Source of the DNA: a virus
IMG/VR virus record: IMGVR_UViG_3300047170_000049
Coordinates: 32,001-96,000 of that record
DNA: 64,000 nt
Reading direction: 5' to 3' (one strand)
Of the stretch, positions 18,405 to 29,400 are shown one piece after another. Below the pieces are notes generated by a model. The model worked only from the letters and a program-made list of their open reading frames with translations. It had not been told where the DNA came from and searched no databases. A program made the position numbers and the translations under genes. Each line of letters starts with the position of its first letter. Positions within the stretch are counted from its first letter, which is position 1.

Positions 18405-18890
18405 TTAGAATTCTGGAGTTGCTGGGATAACTCCACCGCCGTCATTAACGTCCGTATCGCTACTTTCGTCATGAGCGCGTAAGCCTTGGAAGGTAATGCT
18501 AATGTCACTAACCGCTCTAGCAGTAACACCAGAGTTATATCCAGTGGGACGGCAATGAAGGGCTGTGAAAATAGCTTGTCCAGTTTGACGGTCAACAATT
18601 TGAATTGTTAAATCATCAGCGGACATAAGTTGGTTAAGTTGGGGAAGTCCAGCGGCTTCATAAGCACCTTGACCAACAACACGATAACCAGTAGCAGTGA
18701 TATTGATTGCTTCTTGTCCCGTGTAGGTGATTTCTGCAGGTGAGTATCTGCCTAAGATATAAGCTGGGTTCGTATCGTAGTTGACACCCCAAGTACAACT
18801 GGTGAAAATACCGATTGTTTGAGCTTGTCCGCTAGCAGAGGCAATTTGTACAATTGCTCTGGACCCATGTAATACATTTTGGTCTGCCAT
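18405..18890 (-). CDS. tail tube protein
   Basis: 161 aa directly after sheath; YILGRYSPAEI, LTIQIVDRQTG; RBS AGGAG. Confidence 0.75.
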   Translation of the reverse strand: MADQNVLHGSRAIVQIASASGQAQTIGIFTSCTWGVNYDTNPAYILGRYSPAEITYTGQEAINITATGYRVVGQGAYEAAGLPQLNQLMSADDLTIQIVDRQTGQAIFTALHCRPTGYNSGVTARAVSDISITFQGLRAHDESSDTDVNDGGGVIPATPEF

Positions 18891-18910
18891 TTTAAATTCT
18901 CCTTAATTTC

Positions 18911-21709
18911 TTAAGCTGAAGCCGAGGTACTGATACCTTCGATTGTTAAATCAATTGGGATAAAGTAGATTGCGCCAGCTTCAATGAGGTCAATCTTAAC
19001 TGACATAACGCCAGCGTTGATTTGAACGTCGATGCTGTTGTATCCACCTGGTGCTTTAGCTGTAGCGACTGTGTACTTATTGTGTAAGAACTCAGCCATT
19101 TTAGCTTTACAGAATCCCACCGCAAGGGCTGCAGAAACATCGGCAACACTTTGACCGACGAACGCAGTCTTGAGACTTTGTGCGAGGCTAAGTGCCATAA
19201 TGTCACTAACATAAACAGCTTGTAGGCTGTTGTAGACGAAGTTTTTGTCCACACCGTATGTGGTTTGGTCTGAAGGGTACGCGAATCCACCGTTTGGTTG
19301 AGCTTGGATTGGTAACAACCCAGCTAACAGTGCATCTTCAACATCGGACACATCTCCATCATCGAAATCGTTAGCGGCTTGAATGACGCCAGAGATATTG
19401 ATTGATTTATTGAAGATAGCCTTGTAACCACCAGCGGCTTGCATACCTGCAGCAACTGCAGCACCCATCCAAGGTTGGAATTGAGTGGTGTTACCAGTTG
19501 ATTGCGATACGTTGAAAACGTCTTGGAAAGAACAAGTTACGCGGAAGCTTGCAAGGTTCTGAGCTTCTGCTTGAGCATTTGCGAACGTGTCGCGAATGGA
19601 GCAAAGTGCAGAACGATGTTTCTTAACTTTAGGAGTAGACATCGCGATAACGTGTGATTTCACTAAAGAGTTAACCGCTCTAACGGTGTAAGTTGAGCTT
19701 GGGTCAGTTAAACCTGAAGCAATGTCGAGGGTCGCATCTTGTGAAACAAGAGGAACTACGAAGTTACAGGTAACACCAGCAAGTGCGTCGATAGCGTTTG
19801 ACCAGTCAAGGCCAGTTGAACCACCCTTAGCTCCGTTAGCTAAGAAGGTAGCAGCTTGTGCGCTAGGAAGACCAGCTTTTGCGATTGCTCCGTAACCAGC
19901 TAATTGTGAACTAGCGAGACTTCTAGTACCTAAAGTTAGGTCATAAAGGTCAGACTTGATTTCACCAGGTTGGAAGCCTTCGTCACTAGCAATTCCGATG
20001 CTTTGAACTTGGTCGAGAACGCTGATTGGACGTTGACCTTGTAAAGATGAGAAGAGACTAGCTGAGTAACCAGTGTTTGAATTGATTAAGTTAACTAAGT
20101 CGTTAATGGTTGATAATTGACTTAAGTTAATGCTGAGGTTTGCACCTTGGCCACCAGTAACGGTAGTTGTGAAGATGTTTTGCCCAGAAACTTGATTGAT
20201 GCTTGCACTAGCAGTTGTACCGTTGTAACCTAAGCTAAATACGATATTTCCACCGACAGTGTAATTTTCTTGCTTGGTGCTTGACACGAGATTGATGGTC
20301 TTTTGGAGTTGAGCATCAGACTCAAGTAAAGTTCCTAAGAAAGAAGCGGCAGAGGTCGTACCTTGGTTAAGGAACATATTGCCAACGTTGGTAGCTCCAC
20401 CATTGTCATAAAGTTCCATGGTCTTTCCAGCACCCTTGATTTGTTGGTCAAGGTCTTGAACATCGCTAATAGCTGCGATTGGGGTAGAAGCTACTGAAAC
20501 TGGAGAACCGTTGCTCAAGCGAGACATCGTAATGAATGCGCTTGAAGAGTTATTAGCGGTAGAGGTAATTTGATACCAACCGATATTAGCATTACCAGCG
20601 CCTGCGAAAGCAGAACCTGAAGGAATGCTAACCCAGTCACCAACGCGAGGGCTTGAGGCCCATAATTGGCCTGCAGCTAATGTCATGGTGAGGTTAGAAC
20701 CAACTGCAACTGAAGTGATAGTTTGGCCAGTCAACCCAGTGAGGATTTGACGGTCAGTACCAGAAAGGTTATTGATTTGGAGGTAGCTCCAGTCAATAAG
20801 GTCATTACTAGGCGTACCAGTGATGGTAGCACTAGAAACCGCTACAGGGGCTCCTGCAGTAATCTTAGTTGCGCTTAATTGAGCTAATGAGGTTGTGTTT
20901 GAAATTGCAGTAACTACATACCAACCAACATTTGCATTTCCTGAGCCAGCTAATACTGAGCCAGAAGGGATTTGCATGGTATCGCCAACTTGAGGCGCTA
21001 CGCTGAATAAGGTAGGAGCGGTCAATGTTACGTTAACATTTTGACCTGAAACTGATAATGAAGCAACTTGCCCACCAGAACCTAGAGCAAGACGATTAGT
21101 TCCACCGACTGCATTAATGCCTGAAAGTGAAGTTAATGCACTTGCAAGGGCAGCGGGTGTTTCGTTAGCTGAAATGGCTAAGGTTTGTTTAGCTCCACCG
21201 TTAACTCGTGCGGCCAATGAAGCGCCAGAAGAGTTAGGGACATAGGAGAACTGTCCAGAAGTAGGAGCGGCTTCAAGGGTTGTGTCTTGAATTTGGAAAT
21301 AAATGAGGTTACCAGGTTGTCCAGCTAATTTAGCTACGAACATACCGTGGTTATCTTGGGTAGCCTTGGAAGCTCTAACACCTTCGTTAACTTTGACGAT
21401 AACGATGGATTGTGGAGCACCTTGGATTGCTTGGCTAGCTGAAGGCGTAACGGCAGCACGGAAAGCGTCAATTAAACGACCTGTTCCGTATTTAGCGACA
21501 AGTTTAGAAATATCACCAGGGCCGAAAACGTTATTAGCAAGTTTACCTTCTGAAGGGTCATCCCAGGCTGGACCTTGGTCTGCTTCACCAACTAGAGCAA
21601 CTACGCCCGTGGTAGCAATACCCGTGGGATTGCTAGCTACGTTAACAGTGACGGCAGAATCTGGTACGATTAACGTATATCCTGAAGGGTCTGTGTATGT
21701 GAAAGCCAT
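18911..21709 (-). CDS. contractile tail sheath protein with inserted domains
   Basis: N-terminal VALVGEADQGP, C-terminal DQTTY...IYFIPIDL sheath-like; 932 aa. Confidence 0.85.
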   Translation of the reverse strand: MAFTYTDPSGYTLIVPDSAVTVNVASNPTGIATTGVVALVGEADQGPAWDDPSEGKLANNVFGPGDISKLVAKYGTGRLIDAFRAAVTPSASQAIQGAPQSIVIVKVNEGVRASKATQDNHGMFVAKLAGQPGNLIYFQIQDTTLEAAPTSGQFSYVPNSSGASLAARVNGGAKQTLAISANETPAALASALTSLSGINAVGGTNRLALGSGGQVASLSVSGQNVNVTLTAPTLFSVAPQVGDTMQIPSGSVLAGSGNANVGWYVVTAISNTTSLAQLSATKITAGAPVAVSSATITGTPSNDLIDWSYLQINNLSGTDRQILTGLTGQTITSVAVGSNLTMTLAAGQLWASSPRVGDWVSIPSGSAFAGAGNANIGWYQITSTANNSSSAFITMSRLSNGSPVSVASTPIAAISDVQDLDQQIKGAGKTMELYDNGGATNVGNMFLNQGTTSAASFLGTLLESDAQLQKTINLVSSTKQENYTVGGNIVFSLGYNGTTASASINQVSGQNIFTTTVTGGQGANLSINLSQLSTINDLVNLINSNTGYSASLFSSLQGQRPISVLDQVQSIGIASDEGFQPGEIKSDLYDLTLGTRSLASSQLAGYGAIAKAGLPSAQAATFLANGAKGGSTGLDWSNAIDALAGVTCNFVVPLVSQDATLDIASGLTDPSSTYTVRAVNSLVKSHVIAMSTPKVKKHRSALCSIRDTFANAQAEAQNLASFRVTCSFQDVFNVSQSTGNTTQFQPWMGAAVAAGMQAAGGYKAIFNKSINISGVIQAANDFDDGDVSDVEDALLAGLLPIQAQPNGGFAYPSDQTTYGVDKNFVYNSLQAVYVSDIMALSLAQSLKTAFVGQSVADVSAALAVGFCKAKMAEFLHNKYTVATAKAPGGYNSIDVQINAGVMSVKIDLIEAGAIYFIPIDLTIEGISTSASA

Positions 21710-21744
21710 TATTTATCTCCTATTAATTCGTAACTGTTAACTAC

Positions 21745-21775
21745 ATTAAGATTTGTAGTTAAACTGTTGAAATCA
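21745..21775 (-). promoter_or_regulatory. late promoter motif copy 3
   Basis: ATTAAGATTT-GTAGT-TAA-ACTGT-TGAAAT. Confidence 0.75.
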
Positions 21776-21782
21776 TTCAATT

Positions 21783-22058
21783 TTATTTTTCTACTTCAAT
21801 ACCAAAGTTCTTCACGCCTTCAATCCACTTTGAGGGCTTATCTAGCCAACCAAGCGATTGTAGGTGGATTTTGCAGGCCACCATATGACGTTCGTCACCG
21901 TTTTTAATGCAGGCATTCCAGAATTGCTCAAAGGATTTCCACATAACAGGTGGGGTATTTTGAACAGTTCCTTTAGTGTCACGCACTGCAGGTCTAACGG
22001 CAGACTCTTTGTGTTCTGGTGCTTTTACGTTACTTGGCATACTAGTTGGACGTGGCAT
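21783..22058 (-). CDS. hypothetical late protein
   Basis: Precedes sheath; RBS AAGGTG. Confidence 0.55.
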   Translation of the reverse strand: MPRPTSMPSNVKAPEHKESAVRPAVRDTKGTVQNTPPVMWKSFEQFWNACIKNGDERHMVACKIHLQSLGWLDKPSKWIEGVKNFGIEVEK

Positions 22059-22066
22059 AAATCACC

Positions 22067-23602
22067 TTATTTCTTACGTTCGATAATATCGAGCATATCT
22101 TTGATAGTGTCTTTGGGTTTAGGCTGTTCTTCTTTGGGTACCTCTTCCGACTTAGGAAGGTTAGGCTTTGGCATATTTTTAAGTTCAGCTAAAACTCTCT
22201 TAGCTTCTGGCTTTGCTTGTTCTTCAGGTAGTTTGCCCATTTTTGAAGTACCGCGACGTTTAGGTGTTTCACCCCTTGGGGCATGGACACCTTTTTCATC
22301 AGCCTTTTGCATATTCTCAGAATTCATTCGATTTTCTTTGGGTTCATCTTGAGTGGGGCCACCAGCGGCAGAATCGTGCGCTGGCATAAGTGGCTTACCC
22401 ATTTCACTCATTTGCATATCGCACTTATCGAGGCAACGTTTTAGAGCCTTGAGGTTATGCTGTATGGCGTTCTTTTGGAAAATCTTATGGCCTTCTTTTT
22501 GTTCAGCGGGTTTGTTGGCAATCATATGGTCTTCAACCAAGTGCTCAACATTTTCGCCTAATTTAGCATCTTGTTTTTCATCAGGATTAGCTTCACTCAT
22601 AAGAACCTGTGGTTTATTCAAACCGTCTTCTAATGACTCAGCTTTACCAAAGTGGAAAGCATCACGCATGGATTGCTGTGCAGCTTGAGCGCCTGATGGA
22701 GGTGGAGGTGGTGGTTGATTAGAACCGTCTTTTTGTAACTCCGACTTAGGAAGATTAGGTTTAGGCATTTGCTTCAATTGATTGAGCTTTGATTTGTGTG
22801 AAGCGATTGAAGGTACGCCGCTAGCTTGTTGCGCAGCACCAGCATGGCTTTGGCCAGAATTTGGTTGAACAGGAGTGTGAACCCCTTGTTGCATATCGGC
22901 TGGATTACCTTTTAATAGTTTATGCAATCCCTTTAGATGACGGTCGATAGGTTGTGCCATAATGTCTGCCTTTTGTAAGGTTTCTTCAATTGCTTGCAAC
23001 TTTTCTAATACGCTAGCCACGGTTGGCTTATCTTCTGCTTTTTCAAATAATGTTCCAGGGAGTCTGGTTTGAGGGTCAACTTTTTTAACTGGTTTTGGTT
23101 GTGGTTTTGGTTGTTCGGGCATTTTCTGTCCTGCAGCGGCAGCGCCTGCTTGTGCAAAACCATCAATAATGGCTTTAACTGGTTTTTTAACCATATCACC
23201 TAAAGATTTGTGCATTCCCATACCCATTCCCATATTAACTGAAATGTGAGGTGCGGTATTAGCTGGTTTGGCAGGAGCGCCAGTGGAAGTTCCACCAACT
23301 ACTGCGCCTTCGGATTTAGGAAGGTTAGGCTTAGGCATATGAATTAATTGATGCAATTGTTTCAAATGACTTTGTTTAGCTGAGTGATTCATAACCCTGG
23401 AAGCTGCAGCAACATCTCGTTTGGCAGAAACGGGTGTAGTCATCTTGTCAGAAAGTTGTTGGAGCTTGTTAGAGCTTCTGACTTCCATGCCAGCGGTCGA
23501 TTGACCTTTTACATCTGGTCTAGCTGGGTGGACACCTGCCTTATCCAAATCGTAGGATGGTTGAAACTTGTCTTCTTTTTTGAGGTCTTTTTTGTCTGCC
23601 AT
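22067..23602 (-). CDS. disordered repeat protein with three MPKPNLPKSE modules (putative processed head protein)
   Basis: Start MADKKD preferred; K/P/Q-rich; many LxK[A/S] sites. Confidence 0.7.
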   Translation of the reverse strand: MADKKDLKKEDKFQPSYDLDKAGVHPARPDVKGQSTAGMEVRSSNKLQQLSDKMTTPVSAKRDVAAASRVMNHSAKQSHLKQLHQLIHMPKPNLPKSEGAVVGGTSTGAPAKPANTAPHISVNMGMGMGMHKSLGDMVKKPVKAIIDGFAQAGAAAAGQKMPEQPKPQPKPVKKVDPQTRLPGTLFEKAEDKPTVASVLEKLQAIEETLQKADIMAQPIDRHLKGLHKLLKGNPADMQQGVHTPVQPNSGQSHAGAAQQASGVPSIASHKSKLNQLKQMPKPNLPKSELQKDGSNQPPPPPPSGAQAAQQSMRDAFHFGKAESLEDGLNKPQVLMSEANPDEKQDAKLGENVEHLVEDHMIANKPAEQKEGHKIFQKNAIQHNLKALKRCLDKCDMQMSEMGKPLMPAHDSAAGGPTQDEPKENRMNSENMQKADEKGVHAPRGETPKRRGTSKMGKLPEEQAKPEAKRVLAELKNMPKPNLPKSEEVPKEEQPKPKDTIKDMLDIIERKK

Positions 23603-23609
23603 ATAAACC

Positions 23610-24071
23610 TTATTTTTTATCTTTCGCTTCAATGACAACTGGAGAATTAACAAATTCAGGTTGTGTGGTCGTTAATGGAGCATTTTGAATCATAGGTTGA
23701 TTACCAATCCTAGGAGCAATGTCTTTGGCTTCCGATTTGGGTAAATTGGGTTTCGCCATATTCTTAAGGTGATTTAACAAACCACGGTGAATACTTTTAG
23801 CTTTTGCAGCATGTCTCTCAGGGTCACTGACTCGACCGTAGCCGTGTGCAATAACACCTGGAACTTTTGCATCGGCTCTGCGAACTTCAATACCGACATC
23901 GCTTACGCCTGGAGTAACAGTCTTTTGATTCTCTAGGGCATCACGGCCTTCGCTATCAAATTGTTTAAATGCTCCGCGAATCATTCTCTTCTCGGAATCA
24001 CTTACGGTCTTTTTTAGCTCCGCTAGTTTCACTAGACGTTCCAGTATTGCTTTCATCATTAGACTTTCCAC
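23610..24071 (-). CDS. putative head protein with one MAKPNLPKSE module (probable start 24059)
   Basis: Same module as neighbouring gene. Confidence 0.65.
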   Translation of the reverse strand: MESLMMKAILERLVKLAELKKTVSDSEKRMIRGAFKQFDSEGRDALENQKTVTPGVSDVGIEVRRADAKVPGVIAHGYGRVSDPERHAAKAKSIHRGLLNHLKNMAKPNLPKSEAKDIAPRIGNQPMIQNAPLTTTQPEFVNSPVVIEAKDKK

Positions 24072-24556
24072 TGACCAGATTTAAAATGATGAACAATATC
24101 GGGAATAGCATCCTTCTCAGAAGAATGAGCATTTGGCGACCTACCAATGACTGAACCATCGGACGATTGAACGTGTTGAACGCTCCATGGATTTTTGGGT
24201 GCAGTCATATCAAATTCCATGCGATAATGATTTTTTCCACCAGGCTGGCCAATATTGTATCTCAATATGTGACCATGCTTTTCTGGTTTAGAAGTTAGCA
24301 TTTTTAAGCCCATAGGTTGTTGACCTGCCATTTGTGGTTTTGGGTCTACAACTGCGAAAGGCTTGGGTTGATTTGGAATAACTGGTGCAGCGGGGCCTTT
24401 GGGTTGTAACATTCCATGAGGCTGTTGAGTCCAGTGTTCGTCACCAACGGCTTTTTCCATTAGCTCACTATTCTTAAGCGTCAACTGAATAGCGGCTTTT
24501 AAGTCCTTCAATTCAGAGAGTTTTTTGATGTGTTCAGCTAATGCTTTCTTATCCAT
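24059..24556 (-). CDS. putative head/internal protein
   Basis: Helical leader ending LMEKA, then His-rich domain; directly after late promoter. Confidence 0.6.
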   Translation of the reverse strand: MDKKALAEHIKKLSELKDLKAAIQLTLKNSELMEKAVGDEHWTQQPHGMLQPKGPAAPVIPNQPKPFAVVDPKPQMAGQQPMGLKMLTSKPEKHGHILRYNIGQPGGKNHYRMEFDMTAPKNPWSVQHVQSSDGSVIGRSPNAHSSEKDAIPDIVHHFKSGQWKV

Positions 24557-24567
24557 ATCCAGTATTA

Positions 24568-24598
24568 ATTAAGATTTGTACCTAACATATTGATTTTA
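24568..24598 (-). promoter_or_regulatory. late promoter motif copy 4
   Basis: ATTAAGATTT-GTACC-TAA-CATAT-TGATTT. Confidence 0.75.
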
Positions 24599-25615
24599 TT
24601 CATCATCTACGGGGTCAATAGGGTCCAAGGACCCACGCCAGCCTTGCATGTCAACTTCAGGCAATAAAGACGCTGGTGATTGCATACCATCAATGGTGAT
24701 GGTAGGTGCAATTCCTTGAATGCCTTTATCCGTGGTATCAGGCCAAGACATGCCAACTCTGCCACGAAGAGTGATTTGGCGATGCCACAATACGTTAGGG
24801 TCCTCAGGGGCACTGCGAGTTAAGCCATCATATGCAATGGTTCCAACTTCAAACCCACGAGCTTCAAAAAGAGTTTGCTTGTATTTTAAAAGAATGAACA
24901 TGAGGATTTGGAATAAGTACATTGTGTCAACCGCATCTGTGGTATGAACACCTAGGGTGTAGTTATTCCAGAAGTACAGGAACTTGCGAGTTTGAATAAA
25001 ATTATTCGTATTAGGTCGAATGGTACAACCATTCAGATTGGGTACTTTCCCTTGGGGAATTGTGATAATTAAGTTTTCTTCATCGAGAACAGTTTCAATG
25101 ACGTAAGCCACATCATTTACTTCATCGTAAACGAATTGACCTTCAAAAACATTAGTCAAGTCAACGTCGGGGCCGAAAGTAACTTGTCCAGTTTGAGGTA
25201 TTACTGCTAGAGGGGTTACTGGGCCTAATATTTTTTGAGGTTGTTGGTATGAGCCTAAAAACTCTTCTGGGGTAACATTGCGGGTCTCAAAACCATCGCC
25301 TAGGCCAGCTTTAGCTTGGTCTTCACTACCACCGTTTAATTCAATGGTAATGCAAGGGAATTTCACATGGTCATCAACACGATGAGCCATTACCACGAAG
25401 ATTTCTTTCTTCATGAATGCTAGAAACTTTTGAACTTCAGCTTTACCGTAGGACTTGTCGGTGTAGGGGTCAGTTAAGATTTGATTAGCAATATCATATA
25501 TATAGTTGGGATTGGCACGAATATCTGACAAGGCTGTTTTGATAGCCGTGAACAAGATTAAATCGTCCTGGAAAATCCCAGGAGTAGATGTGGGGGGATT
25601 AGTAAAATCAACCAT
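24596..25615 (-). CDS. putative tail completion/terminator (neck) protein
   Basis: FPCITIEL motif, acidic, positioned near sheath. Confidence 0.55.
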   Translation of the reverse strand: MVDFTNPPTSTPGIFQDDLILFTAIKTALSDIRANPNYIYDIANQILTDPYTDKSYGKAEVQKFLAFMKKEIFVVMAHRVDDHVKFPCITIELNGGSEDQAKAGLGDGFETRNVTPEEFLGSYQQPQKILGPVTPLAVIPQTGQVTFGPDVDLTNVFEGQFVYDEVNDVAYVIETVLDEENLIITIPQGKVPNLNGCTIRPNTNNFIQTRKFLYFWNNYTLGVHTTDAVDTMYLFQILMFILLKYKQTLFEARGFEVGTIAYDGLTRSAPEDPNVLWHRQITLRGRVGMSWPDTTDKGIQGIAPTITIDGMQSPASLLPEVDMQGWRGSLDPIDPVDDE

Positions 25616-25623
25616 ACTTCTAT

Positions 25624-25654
25624 ATTAAGATTTTGGCCTAAGTTGCAGATATTG
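25624..25654 (-). promoter_or_regulatory. late promoter motif copy 5
   Basis: ATTAAGATTT-TGGCC-TAA-GTTGC-AGATAT. Confidence 0.7.
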
Positions 25655-26422
25655 TTAGGTTTTTGACTGCATCTCTTGGATGAAAGCAGACCATAGAGCG
25701 TCTATCTTTGCTTCAGCTTCTTTAAAGGCACCAAGTGGCTTAGTTCCAGGGTGCCACCATTTACCAGTACCTTTTTGTTTTTCTGAAACAACACGGAAGG
25801 TAAAGATGTCGCGCATGACTTTAGTCTTGCCGTTTTTCATCTGCACTTCGCGTTGATAGATATTGACGCCTGCTAAGAGTGGAATCTTAGAACGTATGGA
25901 GTTGGCGAATTCCATATCGACGGTGGCAGCGGCGACTTTGCCTAATTTAGGCTTTCCGTCATCATCGAGTATGGTTTTATTTAGCTTAAGTTTTTTAAGT
26001 TCACTCTTAACGTGTTCAGCTAATTGCATTTCAGCACGAGACATATCTTGTGGTCGTTTATTGTGCTTGAAAGGAATGATTGCGTACCGCTTACCGTCTT
26101 TACCCACTTTAGACTTAGGGCCGTGAGTTAAGGCTTCAATCATGTCATGGGCAGGTTGACCGTCTTCAATCCAGTTGGCTTCAGGTTGAAGATAAACAAC
26201 CCAAACGCTATCATTTTCGCTACTAATTTTTAGAGCGTCCATGTAAGTGCTTAAAGATGAATGCAATGTGTGGGTGGCCTTGTCAGTGATAAACGCATGG
26301 GTTTCTAAAGCAATGCGTTTCAAACCCATCTTTGATTGCTCAATAAGGGATTCGGACATATTGTCGATAGTCTTGCCTAGAGCTTCTAGCTCCGCTTCTA
26401 TGCTTAAATCTTTTTTTGCCAT
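25655..26422 (-). CDS. putative neck/tail-completion protein
   Basis: WIEDG, YAIIPFKH, TFRVVS...WWHPG motifs typical of myophage neck proteins. Confidence 0.6.
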   Translation of the reverse strand: MAKKDLSIEAELEALGKTIDNMSESLIEQSKMGLKRIALETHAFITDKATHTLHSSLSTYMDALKISSENDSVWVVYLQPEANWIEDGQPAHDMIEALTHGPKSKVGKDGKRYAIIPFKHNKRPQDMSRAEMQLAEHVKSELKKLKLNKTILDDDGKPKLGKVAAATVDMEFANSIRSKIPLLAGVNIYQREVQMKNGKTKVMRDIFTFRVVSEKQKGTGKWWHPGTKPLGAFKEAEAKIDALWSAFIQEMQSKT

Positions 26423-29400
26423 TATTTTTTCTTCTTATTATCAGGATGGTTGGCAATTTGAAATTTTAAAGCCTGCAAGTCGTGATGGTCTTCTTCTCTG
26501 TTACCAGTATGAGACATTTTTTCTTCAAGTTCATCGTGGTCTTGCTGAAGTTCCTTAAGAGGTCTGATTTTTTCAGATTGTTGCAAGGGTTGACCTTGAG
26601 AACCTTCGTCGGGGTCATTCATGGTTGATAGAGATTGCCATGAACCATCAGGCTTTTTAATCTTTTCATTACCTGGACCATAAGTTCTCTCTGAACCTGG
26701 AGCGTAAACCTTCTTACCGTGAGTAATGGGTTTATCTTTTGGAGCGCTAATTTGTGGAGCTTGACCTTGCTGTTGCTGCGCTGGCGCTTGTTGTTCTTGG
26801 CCTGGTTGAGCATTGGGGTCTTGTTCTGGAGCTTGCAATTCATCGGGATTAATTTGCGCTTCTTTCATCGTAGTCATTAGAGACTGGATGATTTCTGAAA
26901 TTGCATTATACACATCAGGAGCTTGTGAACGTAGTTGTTCAATCAACATCTTGTTTTGGTCAAGATTTTGTAGCGTTTGCGCTAATTGAGCCTTAGTAGC
27001 ATCACTGATGGGTGATGGCGCAGGTTCGGCTTTACGAATAATATCTTTGTAAGTGGGCTTACCCTTAAACTCAGGATTATCTTGCGTGGGGAGTTCACCA
27101 TAATGGCCTTCTTGATATTTCATCGCCTTGGGAATCTTACCGTAACCTTCTTGCATATGTACTGGTAATGGAACTTCCAAATCAGGATGTTCGCCACCAT
27201 GTGATGCAGCATAGTCATTATGAAACTTAGTATAGGCTTCTTTTAATTGGTCCAAATGCCCAGGAGTAACTTCTTTGTTATTAGAAGGTACGATTTTGTT
27301 CTTTTGACCCCAACGTAGGATAGCTTTGCCGCCCTGTCCACCTTGACCTTCTTTTAACGCATCAATTTCTTCGATAACTCTATTAGGATGAACCTTAATT
27401 GATTGTTGTTGACCAGAAATTGGTGCCTTAGATTCAGGCTGCCAAATATGAATTGGAGTATCGCCTAAACCCTTGTTACGCATATGCTCTTTGAACGCTT
27501 CGTGAATAACTTCACTTGGATGACGCCCATTGAATGCAATTTCTTGAATTTTATTAAGATGGTCTTCTGGAAAATTATCTTTTGCACGTTCCATTGCATC
27601 GGCAGCTTGCTCAGGAGTGATTGCTCCAGTGCGAACGGCTTCCTTAGCTTGCTGTGCCGCTTTCTTAATAAGTGACTGACCTAAATCAGTTTGAACTTCA
27701 TCAACGTGGAAGCCTTCACCAGGATTACCAGTGAAACGCACCCAGCCTAATGTATTCTTTTTAACAGGGTGGCCAGAAGAGAATGTATGCTCTTGCAACT
27801 TACGGAATGTACCTAGAACACCAGCTTTTTGCATTTGTTGAAGTTGGTCTTCAGTGTAGTTCATTTGGAAAACATTTTGTTTCTTGTCGCTATGTCTTTG
27901 AGCGCCTTCCCAATCTGCAATTGAGGAATTGTAGGTGGTGGCAGGCATAGCATCAATGTGATTTTGAATGTCTTGTGAAGTAATCGTTCCTTTAGGACCG
28001 AAAAGCTTGTCAATTGCATTGGTGTTAACACCAGCGGCCTTGAAGTCTTGCTTCTTCATTTGTCCACCATTAGCAGCAACGTAATCTCTTAGTTGTCGTA
28101 ATGGGTGGGTTCCAAGCTTAACATTTACTTGGTTTTCATTCTTAGGGAAGCGATTAGCATAAACACTTTGAACGGCTTCACGAACATCTTCATTTGGATG
28201 ATTCGCTAAACTATCTACTTGTGGACGTGTAGCAGCATGATGACTAATAGCTTCAGCTTTTAATTTATCATTATCCCCACTTAAAGCATTTTGAATATCA
28301 TCTGGAGTAAGCTTAAATTTGTTATCAAAAATCTTCTTAGCAGTGTAACGGTCAGTATCGTTACTGTCTTTGGTAGCAGCTAAAGCCTTACGAGCATGTT
28401 CTTCATTTGCATTAGGATGGTCAAGTATAGTTTCAATATCTGAGTCATTGTCTTTAGCTATGGCTTGGTCCAACGCTCCATGAAGGTGTTCTGCATTGGC
28501 ATTAGGATTTTTAATAGCTAATTCTTTTAAAGTTTTACTGGCATTAGGATTAGCAATAACTTGAGAGATATGCTCTGGGCGCACATTATTATGGCGCATT
28601 ACATCTTCTTGAGCCTCTTCAGAATAATTGTCATTGTTGTTATCGGCCAAAACTTTGGAGATTAGTTCAGGAGGTAGGTTGGGGTGTTTGGCCGCTTCTT
28701 TACGAACCATACCAAGTGGATGCTTTAATCCTTGGTCTAATTGCTCAGGAGTTACATCGGTGGAGTTCTTACTCCATGGCTGCTTTATAGCCTTAACGAC
28801 ATGATTAGGTAGCCAATCTTCTTGTGAAGTGGCGTTCTCTAAATCATTTTCAAAAAGGTCATGAGTTCTTTGACTAACGTCATCGTTTATGGACTCATCG
28901 TAGTTTTCATACAACTGGTCAGGGGTTTGTTCATTATCAATCGCTTCTTGCCAAGCCTTGTCAGCTTCTGCATCGCGTTTGGCATATTCAGGATGGTCTT
29001 CAATACCAATACTATTGCTGTGATTTGCATAGTCAATAGTAGGAGGCTCTTGCTCTTCATTAGGGTCTAGATTTTGCTGACCATCTTTATATTCTGGGTT
29101 TGGACCATTCCAATCATATTTGTCAGCTAGATGTTCTTTCTTCCAGTCTTCTTTAGACTTATCGAAGTACGCATTAGAAAGTTCATCGTCATTGTAGTTG
29201 TCACTTATAAACGATTTCCAAGGATAGTTCTCGGCAGCATCTTCACGAGCTTCTTCGCTATAACGTTCCCACTTATCGTCTTCGTTCTCGTCACGAACAC
29301 GGTCTCTAAAGTCATCTAAAGCATACCCCTTACCATCATCATCGTTATCCCAATGTGATAGCATTTCAGTAGCGTGCTTGGGGTCAACTTCGGAGTTTTG

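Noticed and set aside
21303-22688. Plus-strand ORFs antisense to structural genes (21303..21740, 21864..22352, 22353..22688 and many similar)
   Set aside because: Shadow ORFs opposite well-supported genes, with no RBS or recognisable motifs
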